From a virus: a stretch of 64,000 nucleotides of DNA. The position numbers were made by a program, and so were the translations under genes. Within the stretch, counting starts at the first letter, position 1. Every line of letters starts with the position of its first letter. The stretch is from positions 1,975 through 65,974 of IMG/VR virus record IMGVR_UViG_3300032087_005124; one strand, given 5' to 3'. The notes beneath the pieces are model-generated. The model did no database searches and was not told where the DNA came from. It was given only the letters and a program-made list of their open reading frames with translations. Below, one piece after another: positions 18,935 to 26,796 of the stretch.

Positions 18935-19612
18935 ATGAAGAAATTTATTCTTACACTACTATTGGGCGCTATCTTTGGTGGCGCAGCGTATGGGACAACT
19001 ATTGCAGATTCTTCTGTAGGAGTTGGCTTTTCAGCTTATAACTTCGAAACAAGTAGAGGTTTAGCAGCTAGAGAAGACGCTCTTGGTTATTCCCTTGATT
19101 TAACAGCACCTCTTAACGGCGGAGACCTCTCATTTAATGTAGGTTTGTATGATGTTGATGGAGATTCTGAAGATTCAGATTATTCTATCACCTATACAAA
19201 AGGCATTGAACTATTAGGTCAAAAGCTAGGGGCTACAGCAAGTTTCTCTGGACTTGATTCCACTTTCGGGGACAGAGATGAAATTGCAGTTGGCTTATCT
19301 TACAAGTACTCTCTATTAGATACATCATGGGCAGTTTGGCATGATTTAGATAATGAGTGGTATGGTGTTGAGATTGGAGCTTCAAGCACTTTTGAGACTC
19401 CTATTTCAAACCTATCAGTAACTCCATTTGTTACTCTTAACCTTGTAGATGAGTATACAGCAGTTGAGGCTGGTCTTAAAGCAGGTTGGTCTATCACTGA
19501 CCAGTTATCCGTACTCTCTAAGATTTCATACAATAACAATGATTTCGAAGGATCTTCTTTTGAAGTAGAAGATGAGTGGATTATTGGAGCAGGAATAGGC
19601 TTTAAATTCTAA
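18935..19612 (+). CDS. Outer-membrane beta-barrel protein (TorF/Gcw_chp-like putative porin)
   Basis: Sec signal peptide, alternating amphipathic beta strands, C-terminal IGAGIGFKF Bam signature ending in Phe. Confidence 0.75.
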   Translation: MKKFILTLLLGAIFGGAAYGTTIADSSVGVGFSAYNFETSRGLAAREDALGYSLDLTAPLNGGDLSFNVGLYDVDGDSEDSDYSITYTKGIELLGQKLGATASFSGLDSTFGDRDEIAVGLSYKYSLLDTSWAVWHDLDNEWYGVEIGASSTFETPISNLSVTPFVTLNLVDEYTAVEAGLKAGWSITDQLSVLSKISYNNNDFEGSSFEVEDEWIIGAGIGFKF

Positions 19613-19650
19613 TTTAAAATTAATTTTAATTAGTTTTAATAACAAAATTA

Positions 19651-19679
19651 AAAAGCTCTCCGCAAGGAGGGCTTTTTTT
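19651..19679 (+). terminator. Rho-independent terminator
   Basis: GCTCTCC-GCAA-GGAGGGC stem with GNRA loop followed by T7; upstream A4 suggests bidirectionality. Confidence 0.85.
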
Positions 19680-19694
19680 GTGTAAGTACTTTCA

Positions 19695-20012
19695 ATGGAA
19701 CCAGAAAAATCCTTGTTAAAAGAATTCCTTCAGGGTGGATGGCTTGTCCCTTTGATTGGAGCCGCCGCCATGTTTGCTAGACTTTTGTCTGCAAATAACG
19801 AGTTAAGTTTAAAACAACAATTTAAAAGAATCCTTACGGCCGCTATCGCTTCAGGTATTGCTTGGTTTGTTTTAGAACAAACGGATGTATCTTCTCTTAC
19901 TAAAGCTATAACTTATGGAATAATAGGTGTTGTTAGTCCTGAAGTTATAGGAGGTATAGTGAGATTAGGCCAGAAGTTTGAGACTAGCCCTTGGAAATTT
20001 TTTAAAAAATGA
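19695..20012 (+). CDS. Putative holin
   Basis: Several hydrophobic segments and a basic C-terminus; upstream of the endolysin. Confidence 0.55.
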   Translation: MEPEKSLLKEFLQGGWLVPLIGAAAMFARLLSANNELSLKQQFKRILTAAIASGIAWFVLEQTDVSSLTKAITYGIIGVVSPEVIGGIVRLGQKFETSPWKFFKK

Positions 20013-20254
20013 AATCTAAGTATATAATATTTTGCATATTAGGTATAGTAGCAGCATTTGCTGCTCAATTTCTTTCCATCTACAATGAACTACATGGCTT
20101 ATTATTGCATGGATATGAAACAGGATTATCTGTTGATGATATGAAACATTTACTTGATGAAAATATGTATAATTTTAAATCTTCTATAACAAAAATGTTG
20201 GCGTTGCTTTTTGTTATAGGTATTTGCGCGTCGTTTAAGAAAAAATGTTACTAA
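20009..20254 (+). CDS. Small two-TM membrane protein (holin/antiholin-like)
   Basis: N- and C-terminal hydrophobic helices; lies between the holin-like gene and the endolysin. Confidence 0.45.
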   Translation: MKSKYIIFCILGIVAAFAAQFLSIYNELHGLLLHGYETGLSVDDMKHLLDENMYNFKSSITKMLALLFVIGICASFKKKCY

Positions 20255-20255
20255 A

Positions 20256-20876
20256 ATGAATTTTAAAGGTAAAAAAGAAGTAGTTAAAGCTGTACAAAAA
20301 CTATTAGGTGTTTCTGCTGATGGGGCAGATGGTCCCGTAACATGGAATGCTATTTTAGCAAAGCTATCCACAAAGAATGTTCCAGCACCAGATGGTGATA
20401 TACCTCAAAAAATGGTTTCATTAGCTAGAGAAGAAATAGGAGTTTCTGAGGTTGATGGTAGTAACTGCGGGCCAAGAGTAGATGAATATAAAGCCGCGAC
20501 TTGGCTTGATCCAGATAAAGGTTGGCCATGGTGCGCTGCTTTTATTTGTTGGCTAGTCAGAGAGGCAATTGAAGGTGAGGATGTAAAGTTTAAAAGACCA
20601 AGAACTGCTGGCGCTTGGGATTTTGAGAATTGGGCCAAACAGCAGGTTTCAAATGGCATAGATCTTCGTAAACCAACAAATGGAAATATTAAAGCTGGAG
20701 ATATAGTTGTCTTTACCTTTTCCCATATAGGCATCGCTGTCAAAGATATAGACTCAAGTGGTTATGTAGTAACTATAGAGGGGAATACAAATGGCGCTGG
20801 AAGCAGAGAAGGTGGATCTGTCTTAGAGAAGAAGCGCCATGTTTCTAAAATAAGAAGTAGAATAAGAATTCTTTAA
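20256..20876 (+). CDS. Endolysin: peptidoglycan-binding domain plus CHAP amidase
   Basis: VQKLLGVSADGADGPVT PG-binding motif; WCAAF, SHIGIA and IEGNT CHAP motifs. Confidence 0.9.
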   Translation: MNFKGKKEVVKAVQKLLGVSADGADGPVTWNAILAKLSTKNVPAPDGDIPQKMVSLAREEIGVSEVDGSNCGPRVDEYKAATWLDPDKGWPWCAAFICWLVREAIEGEDVKFKRPRTAGAWDFENWAKQQVSNGIDLRKPTNGNIKAGDIVVFTFSHIGIAVKDIDSSGYVVTIEGNTNGAGSREGGSVLEKKRHVSKIRSRIRIL

Positions 20877-20919
20877 TATTTTGTTGCTTTATTTTCTTTT
20901 TACGTTATTTCTTTTTTAA

Positions 20920-21216
20920 ATGGAAGATATACCTATAAAAGTTGATAGAAATGAAATATTTAATTTTGTGGTCGGCAAATCTATTTTTGACCCTATAGAA
21001 AAATGTATAGACCCTACTAGATATGAAGTTTTTGATACTTTTATCTATGACAATGAAACTGATAGGAAATATGTACAAGGGCCAGTTTATAATAGATTTT
21101 GCTGGGAAGTGACTAAGTTAAAAAACTTATCAGAAAATATGACAGGTGCAGAAATTATAAGAATTTGCGAAGAATTAGAGGAAATAGCACCTAAACTTGT
21201 CAATCTTGAGAAATAA
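20920..21216 (+). CDS. Hypothetical protein
   Basis: 98-aa ORF filling the gap on the coding strand. Confidence 0.6.
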   Translation: MEDIPIKVDRNEIFNFVVGKSIFDPIEKCIDPTRYEVFDTFIYDNETDRKYVQGPVYNRFCWEVTKLKNLSENMTGAEIIRICEELEEIAPKLVNLEK

Positions 21217-21266
21217 TTCCCTGTTGTGGTTCTTTGTGTAATATATTGTATAACCTATAATATATT

Positions 21267-21455
21267 ATGGAAGTAATTCTCAAATTAATTGAAGACAATC
21301 CTTGGTTCGGTGTTCTTACCGCCGCAATCGCTTTAGCATCTGCAATTACAGCAGCAACTCCTACACCCAAAAAAGGTACTATTTGGGCTAAAATCTACGC
21401 TCTTATTGATTGGGCTGCGATTAACATAGGAAAAGCTAAAGATAAAGGGGAATAA
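21267..21455 (+). CDS. Small membrane protein, holin-like
   Basis: WFGVLTAAIALASAITAATPTP hydrophobic segment; basic C-terminus. Confidence 0.5.
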   Translation: MEVILKLIEDNPWFGVLTAAIALASAITAATPTPKKGTIWAKIYALIDWAAINIGKAKDKGE

Positions 21456-21458
21456 TCC

Positions 21459-21486
21459 TTGAATAATCTTTGTGATAGGCTATAAT
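21459..21486 (+). promoter_or_regulatory. Sigma70-like promoter TTGAAT-16-TATAAT for the heptose gene run
   Basis: TATAAT at 21481-21486; ATG 7 nt downstream; no Shine-Dalgarno. Confidence 0.55.
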
Positions 21487-21493
21487 ACTCTTA

Positions 21494-21868
21494 ATGAGTA
21501 TGCAGCCTATTTTTAGCCGATTAGAAGTTCACCCCAAGGGTTGGGGAGAAGAGCTTTGGATTACCAACAATTATAAATATTGTGGTAAAATTTTACGTTT
21601 TAAACAGGGGTCTTCCTTCTCAATGCATTATCACATTCAGAAGGAAGAAACTTGGTGTGTCACTAGAGGTAAACTAAAGTTAGAATATTTTAATTTAGAG
21701 ACTTCTGAACGCCTTGAAAAAGAATTAGTAGAAGGCGACACTGTTCATTTAAAACCTTGCATCCCGCACAAGTTGACAGCATTAGAAGATTCAGATGTCT
21801 TTGAAGTCAGCACTCAACATTTCAATGAGGACTCTTATAGAGTAGAAAAAGGCTCATCGCAGAAATGA
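21494..21868 (+). CDS. Cupin-fold protein (sugar isomerase-like)
   Basis: KGWGEE, SMHYHIQKEETW, IPHKLTALEDS, EVST cupin metal motifs. Confidence 0.8.
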   Translation: MSMQPIFSRLEVHPKGWGEELWITNNYKYCGKILRFKQGSSFSMHYHIQKEETWCVTRGKLKLEYFNLETSERLEKELVEGDTVHLKPCIPHKLTALEDSDVFEVSTQHFNEDSYRVEKGSSQK

Positions 21869-22611
21869 AGTTTTTAGTTATAGGTGAAACTTGCAAAGAC
21901 GAGTTTTGCTATGGCAAAGCTAATCGTTTGTGTCCAGAAGCTCCTGTTCCTGTATTTATACCAGATCATAATACAAGCAACTTAGGTATGGCGGCTAATG
22001 TTTATGAAAATATGCGGGCTATAGATAACGAGACTCATAAAGATATACCTTTTAAAAATGACATAGCATTAAGTACTAATTACTGCGTTGGTTCTAAAAC
22101 TAGATATATTGACATAGAATCAAATCAAATGTTTTTAAGGGTTGATACAGATAAGTATGAAGCTTGTGACAAGTTGCCAGAAAACATAGAGTCATTTGAT
22201 GCCGTTATTGTTTCAGATTATAACAAAGGATATTTAACAGACTCGCAGTTAAGAGAGATTGCAAGAAGAAGCAAATTAAGTTTTTTAGATACTAAAAAAC
22301 AATACAATCAAGAATGGGCTAATTTGTTTACTTTTATTAAGATAAATGATAAAGAGTACAAGGAGAATAGTTGGACACATCAAGGAGAGAATTTAATAAT
22401 CACAAAAGGTTCAAAGGGTTGTTGGTACAATAATAAAGATTATAAACTTAGCAAACCTTCAGAAGTTAGAGATGTTTCAGGCGCAGGAGATACATTTTTA
22501 GCTGCATTTGCTTATTCATATACAGCCACCAAAGATGTTGAATGCTCAATAATATATGCCCAAGATTGTTGTCAAAGAGTAATTAAAAAGAAAGGTGTTG
22601 CTACAATATGA
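21865..22611 (+). CDS. hldA: Heptose-7-phosphate kinase (HldE kinase domain/HldA, PfkB family)
   Basis: RLCPEAPVPV, GMAANV, AVIVSDYNKG, IKINDKE, ITKGSKG, DVSGAGDTF. Confidence 0.85.
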   Translation: MKFLVIGETCKDEFCYGKANRLCPEAPVPVFIPDHNTSNLGMAANVYENMRAIDNETHKDIPFKNDIALSTNYCVGSKTRYIDIESNQMFLRVDTDKYEACDKLPENIESFDAVIVSDYNKGYLTDSQLREIARRSKLSFLDTKKQYNQEWANLFTFIKINDKEYKENSWTHQGENLIITKGSKGCWYNNKDYKLSKPSEVRDVSGAGDTFLAAFAYSYTATKDVECSIIYAQDCCQRVIKKKGVATI

Positions 22612-23114
22612 AACATAAGAAAATAATGACTTTTGAGGAAATAAAAAATGAAAGACTTTTCGCTAAACAGTTAGAAGAAGTAGGCATAAAAAAATTTTTT
22701 ATTTTTACTAACGGTTGCTTTGATTTATTTCATGCTGGACACGCTAGTTTGCTTAACGGGATGAAGAATGCTTGTAGTTTAAATTCTAAGTTAGTGGTTG
22801 GTATAAATGGAGATGCGAGTGTTAAATCAGTAAAAGGTAAAGACAGGCCAATAATACCCGCTAAACAAAGAGCTTATACTGTAGCTTGTCATGAAGCTGT
22901 TGATTATGTATTTATTTTCAATACTAAAACTGTAGCTAAACAACTAAAAGAACTTCAGCCAGATTTTTGGTGCAAAGGTGGCGATTATAATGAAGATTCT
23001 TTAAATAAATCAGAGTTAAAAGCAAAAGGTAATGCTATACTAAAAGTGATACCTTTTGTAGAAAATGTAAGTACAAGTAATATAATAAGTAAAATTCATG
23101 ATAAAAAGTTATAA
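22608..23114 (+). CDS. hldC: Heptose-1-phosphate adenylyltransferase (HldE domain II/HldC)
   Basis: FTNGCFDLFHAGH, LVVGINGDASV, KGKDRPI, VDYVFIF, KGGDY, STSNII. Confidence 0.9.
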   Translation: MKHKKIMTFEEIKNERLFAKQLEEVGIKKFFIFTNGCFDLFHAGHASLLNGMKNACSLNSKLVVGINGDASVKSVKGKDRPIIPAKQRAYTVACHEAVDYVFIFNTKTVAKQLKELQPDFWCKGGDYNEDSLNKSELKAKGNAILKVIPFVENVSTSNIISKIHDKKL

Positions 23115-23664
23115 AGAGATAGAAGGGTGGTTTAATTATGAGAGAGTTTATGAAGACTTTTCTAATTTTTTAAGAGACGATGATATTTTTGTTGAGATTG
23201 GAGTTTGGAAAGGTGCTTCTATTTGTTTTTTAGGAGAGAGGCTGAGTGCAAAAAATAAAAAACCAAAAATTTTTGCTGTTGACACCTTTAAAGGTAGCTC
23301 TAATGAGGAAATTCATATAGAAAAAGTAAAAGAAGCAGGAGGTTCTAATTTACCTATCTTCAACCAAAATCTTAAAGATTTAAAATTACAATCTTTGATA
23401 ACTCCCATTGAAAAAACTTCAATTGAAGCCTCACAATTATTCGATGATAATAGTCTGGCAGGGGTGTTTATTGATGCAAATCATACATACGAAGAGGTAA
23501 AAAAAGATCTCGGTGCTTGGTATCCTAAGATTAAAAAAGGCGGTTGGATTACTGGGCATGACTACGTAGCTGACGTAAAAAAAGCTGTTGATGAATTTTT
23601 TTCGTATAATAAAAATCCTAAAGGTTATAAAAATTGTAATTGGTGTTGGGCCGTGCAAGTATGA
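23098..23664 (+). CDS. Class I SAM-dependent methyltransferase (Methyltransf_24-like)
   Basis: FVEIGVWKGAS, AVDTF, FIDANHTYE, GGWITGHDY. Confidence 0.85.
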   Translation: MIKSYKEIEGWFNYERVYEDFSNFLRDDDIFVEIGVWKGASICFLGERLSAKNKKPKIFAVDTFKGSSNEEIHIEKVKEAGGSNLPIFNQNLKDLKLQSLITPIEKTSIEASQLFDDNSLAGVFIDANHTYEEVKKDLGAWYPKIKKGGWITGHDYVADVKKAVDEFFSYNKNPKGYKNCNWCWAVQV

Positions 23665-23999
23665 AATATATTATAGACATAGATGGAACAATCTGTACAC
23701 ATGATAGTCCAGATACCCCTTACGACCAAGCGAGACCGATAAAAGATAGAATACATTTTTTTAATCAATTATTTGATGCTGGTCATGAAATAGTTTATTG
23801 GACTGCTAGAGGGGGAAATAGCGGTAAAGATCACGCCTCTTTAACAAAAAAGCAGCTTGATGAATGGGGTGTTAAAAGAACAAAATTAATGATGGGTAAG
23901 CCTCCATATGATTATTGGATTGATGATAAAGCTTACAATGTAAAAGATTTTTTTATGACTGACACGACAACGGGGGAAACAGAAACAATTACGTTATGA
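23661..23999 (+). CDS. HAD-superfamily phosphatase (capsule-biosynthesis type)
   Basis: IIDIDGTI motif I, WTARG, MGKP, WIDDK; likely start ATG 23661 (track start 23640). Confidence 0.8.
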   Translation: MKYIIDIDGTICTHDSPDTPYDQARPIKDRIHFFNQLFDAGHEIVYWTARGGNSGKDHASLTKKQLDEWGVKRTKLMMGKPPYDYWIDDKAYNVKDFFMTDTTTGETETITL

Positions 24000-24532
24000 T
24001 ATCTAATAAAGCTAAAAGTTTATCTTCAGCAGGTCACATAACTCAGTCCTTTAAGGCAGGGACAGAGGGCCAGCAAAGATTTTATGATTCTTGCAGAGCA
24101 TTAAATAAAGATATAAAGAAAACCTCAAAAGCTGATGATATTGGGAATCACACAGACTTTGTTGTAGATGGTCAAACTTTTGATGTTAAGGGTTTAAAAA
24201 AGACGCAAAAAGAGGGTAAAATTTTACTAGAGTTAAAAAATGTTCAAGGCAAAATGGGTTGGTGCAATCATGAATTAAAGCCTGAGTGGATAGCTTTTGA
24301 TTTTGGTGCATTTTTTCTTTGTGTCCGAAATACTCATCTCAGAGAGTTGGTAGAAAATAAATGCGATTGGGAGGATGAAGTATCTAAAATTAATGACGCT
24401 TTATACAAAGGATATACTAGAAAAGATAGGAAAGATTTAATGACTGTTGTCACCCTGTTTGATGTTTTAAATACATGCGAGCATTGGTTTTTACCTTATC
24501 AGGAATATCGTTCCCCAATGGAGCTTTTGTAG
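23996..24532 (+). CDS. PD-(D/E)xK nuclease-fold protein
   Basis: HTDFVV...FDVKG...ILLELKN...GW pattern. Confidence 0.55.
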   Translation: MISNKAKSLSSAGHITQSFKAGTEGQQRFYDSCRALNKDIKKTSKADDIGNHTDFVVDGQTFDVKGLKKTQKEGKILLELKNVQGKMGWCNHELKPEWIAFDFGAFFLCVRNTHLRELVENKCDWEDEVSKINDALYKGYTRKDRKDLMTVVTLFDVLNTCEHWFLPYQEYRSPMELL

Positions 24533-24560
24533 TGTAAAAGCAATAAAATATATATACATT

Positions 24561-26147
24561 ATGCCGCTTCCAGTACCTAAGAATAATGAGAAAAAGAGCG
24601 ACTTTATGAGTCGTTGTGTTACAAACTTAACAGAAAAAGAAGAATTCAACGACAATAAACAGAGAGTTGCTGTTTGTATGAACATTTTCAGCGATTCTGA
24701 GTCGAAAGCATCTGTTGTTACTGGAGAAGGAGAAGATAAAAAACTTTTCTTTTCTGAGGCTGCAAATGAAAATAAAACTTTAAACAAGCCATTTAGAACT
24801 CCTAAAGGCCCAAAGAAGTTCTCTGTATATGTAAAGAACCAAAAAGGAAACGTCGTTAAAGTTAATTTTGGAGATCCAAACATGGAGATCAAAAGAGACG
24901 ATCCAAAAAGAAGAAAGGCGTTTAGAGATAGACATAGCTGCGATACAGCTAAAGATAAAACAACTCCTAGATATTGGTCATGTAAAATGTGGAGTGCTAG
25001 AAGTGTCACAAGTTTAACTAAAGGGTCAGAAGAATATGAGTGGGATGGAGAAACACTATTTGATCATGACGAGCTTTTGTCTGCTTGTCCATCATTAGCT
25101 TATGTTGATGAAATAACAGAGGAATCAGAAGCAGCAAAACGTCGTGGTCCTAAAAGCGGAGCGCAGACACCAGCAGAGCCAAGTGAAAGAAGAAAAGGTT
25201 CTAAAAGAAATCCAAAAGGTAGTGCTAAAAAAGGTGGTGGCAAAATCACATTTAGTGAAAAGACAACTAATGCACTAAAAGAAAAAGTAAAGGCTCACAA
25301 TGCTAAATATTCCAAGAAGGTGACTTTAGGTCAGTTAAAGCGTGTTTATAGGCGTGGTGCTGGAGCTTTCAGCACATCTCATAGACCAAATATGAGTAGA
25401 CATGGCTGGGCTATGGCTAGAGTAAATACATTTCTTAAAATGATGAGAGGTGGAAAGGTAAAAGAGTCATACAGAAAAGCTGATCAAGATATAGCTAAAG
25501 CAGCTTATAAAGATAAGAAAGTTTATGGCATGGATATGGATGACAAAGAAAAGACCATGTTTAAATCTTACATGAGTCATTGTATGATGACTGATGGTGA
25601 GCTTGTTGATACAAAAGGTATGGACATGGATAAAACAATGTCTACTTGTGCAGTTCAGTACAAGAAAGATAGAGCCATGCTTATGGAAGAGAACGAGGGT
25701 AAGCTAACTGAAAAACAAAAAAGTTTGCCTAGCTGGCTTCAGAAAGAGATTCTAAAAAAACAAAAACAAAAAGAAAGTAAAGCTGCTCATCACGAAAAGA
25801 AGAAAAAATCTTATGGCGCTCCTGATGTTATGAAGCATTACTTTGAGACTAAGGAAGAAGCTGAAAAAGATGCAGAGAAGATGGGTTTGAAAGGTATTCA
25901 CACTCATAAAACTGATGATGGAAAGACTTTGTATATGGCAGGTCCGAATCATGAGGCGTTTATGAAGCGTCATAATGAGATTTTAAAAGGGAAAGAAAAG
26001 TCTGATAGTAGTCTTTGGGAGAATATCAGAAAGAAAAAAGAGCGTATTAAAAGAGGTTCTGGAGAAAAGATGAGAAAAAAAGGCGATAAGGGCGCTCCTA
26101 CACCAGAGCAAATGGAAAGAGCAAAAGGCTCAGAGGAATCTGATTAA
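24561..26147 (+). CDS. Multi-module basic protein, probable internal head/core protein
   Basis: String of short basic modules typical of large-phage head proteins; preceded by GTGTAA. Confidence 0.5.
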   Translation: MPLPVPKNNEKKSDFMSRCVTNLTEKEEFNDNKQRVAVCMNIFSDSESKASVVTGEGEDKKLFFSEAANENKTLNKPFRTPKGPKKFSVYVKNQKGNVVKVNFGDPNMEIKRDDPKRRKAFRDRHSCDTAKDKTTPRYWSCKMWSARSVTSLTKGSEEYEWDGETLFDHDELLSACPSLAYVDEITEESEAAKRRGPKSGAQTPAEPSERRKGSKRNPKGSAKKGGGKITFSEKTTNALKEKVKAHNAKYSKKVTLGQLKRVYRRGAGAFSTSHRPNMSRHGWAMARVNTFLKMMRGGKVKESYRKADQDIAKAAYKDKKVYGMDMDDKEKTMFKSYMSHCMMTDGELVDTKGMDMDKTMSTCAVQYKKDRAMLMEENEGKLTEKQKSLPSWLQKEILKKQKQKESKAAHHEKKKKSYGAPDVMKHYFETKEEAEKDAEKMGLKGIHTHKTDDGKTLYMAGPNHEAFMKRHNEILKGKEKSDSSLWENIRKKKERIKRGSGEKMRKKGDKGAPTPEQMERAKGSEESD

Positions 26148-26160
26148 AAATTAATTTTAA

Positions 26161-26325
26161 TTACCTACAAGCCCCATAAATTAGGGCTGCCGCTATAATT
26201 AATAGCACTACTGTTGGTACATCATCCCAAGGGAATTTAAACTGCTTTTTAAAATCCTTGGCTTCTTTCTTTGTTCTAGGTCGCTCGCTCACTCTACTTC
26301 TTGGGTAATCTTCGTCTATGGTCAT
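26161..26325 (-). CDS. Small membrane protein (54 aa; not in ORF track)
   Basis: MTIDEDYPRS...VPTVVLLIIAAALIYGACR*; upstream TTGCAT-16-TAAAAT on the minus strand. Confidence 0.55.
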   Translation of the reverse strand: MTIDEDYPRSRVSERPRTKKEAKDFKKQFKFPWDDVPTVVLLIIAAALIYGACR

Positions 26326-26446
26326 TTTACACTACTTACATCCATATGCAAGTTTGGTAAAAAAAAATACGTGTCATTTCTGTAACATGCTTTCATTTTT
26401 CGAATAAAAATTGAAATAGGTGTAATTATTTTATATCATTATTAAA

Positions 26447-26791
26447 GTGAAAACCATCGTAAAAAAGACTATAAAGTTTGAAACAAAGCGACACGACTTT
26501 GATAATGATTTTGCATATATTGAACATTGGCAGAATACAACACTCAAAGATTGTTATTTTGCAGAAAAACAATATCTTTTTCCAGATGGATCGCTAAAAA
26601 TAGGTGGTACTAAGTATTTTTATTCGCCTTTCTCTGGAGAAGATATAGAAAAAGAGATCAAACCCGTTAATTTTAATAAATTTAAATGGTTTGACAGATT
26701 ATTTTATATAAACAGAGAAGGTGAAGTTTGCTCTATTGACCAAAAATGTGAGTTAGACAATGAATTATCTTCTGTAAATAATGAAGATTAA
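26447..26791 (+). CDS. Hypothetical protein
   Basis: GTG-start ORF directly upstream of fibre 1. Confidence 0.55.
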   Translation: MKTIVKKTIKFETKRHDFDNDFAYIEHWQNTTLKDCYFAEKQYLFPDGSLKIGGTKYFYSPFSGEDIEKEIKPVNFNKFKWFDRLFYINREGEVCSIDQKCELDNELSSVNNED

Positions 26792-26796
26792 TTCTA

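Noticed and set aside
1-24000. Bacterial chromosome (LPS locus plus housekeeping genes) rather than phage
   Set aside because: Housekeeping-like genes are divergent and phage-arranged, mixed with an endolysin, holin/spanin-like genes, giant fibres and runs of tiny early ORFs; no ribosomal or core metabolic context
24491-25009. Minus-strand 172-aa ORF and the many other antisense or alternative-frame ORFs inside long genes
   Set aside because: They are fully overlapped by well-supported + strand genes and have the low-complexity composition of shadow ORFs; only the 17982/18076 overlap has a functional signature (lipobox)
26147-26446. tRNA or structured ncRNA in the largest intergenic gap
   Set aside because: No cloverleaf or T-loop motif is visible; the gap is explained by a small minus-strand ORF and divergent promoter elements
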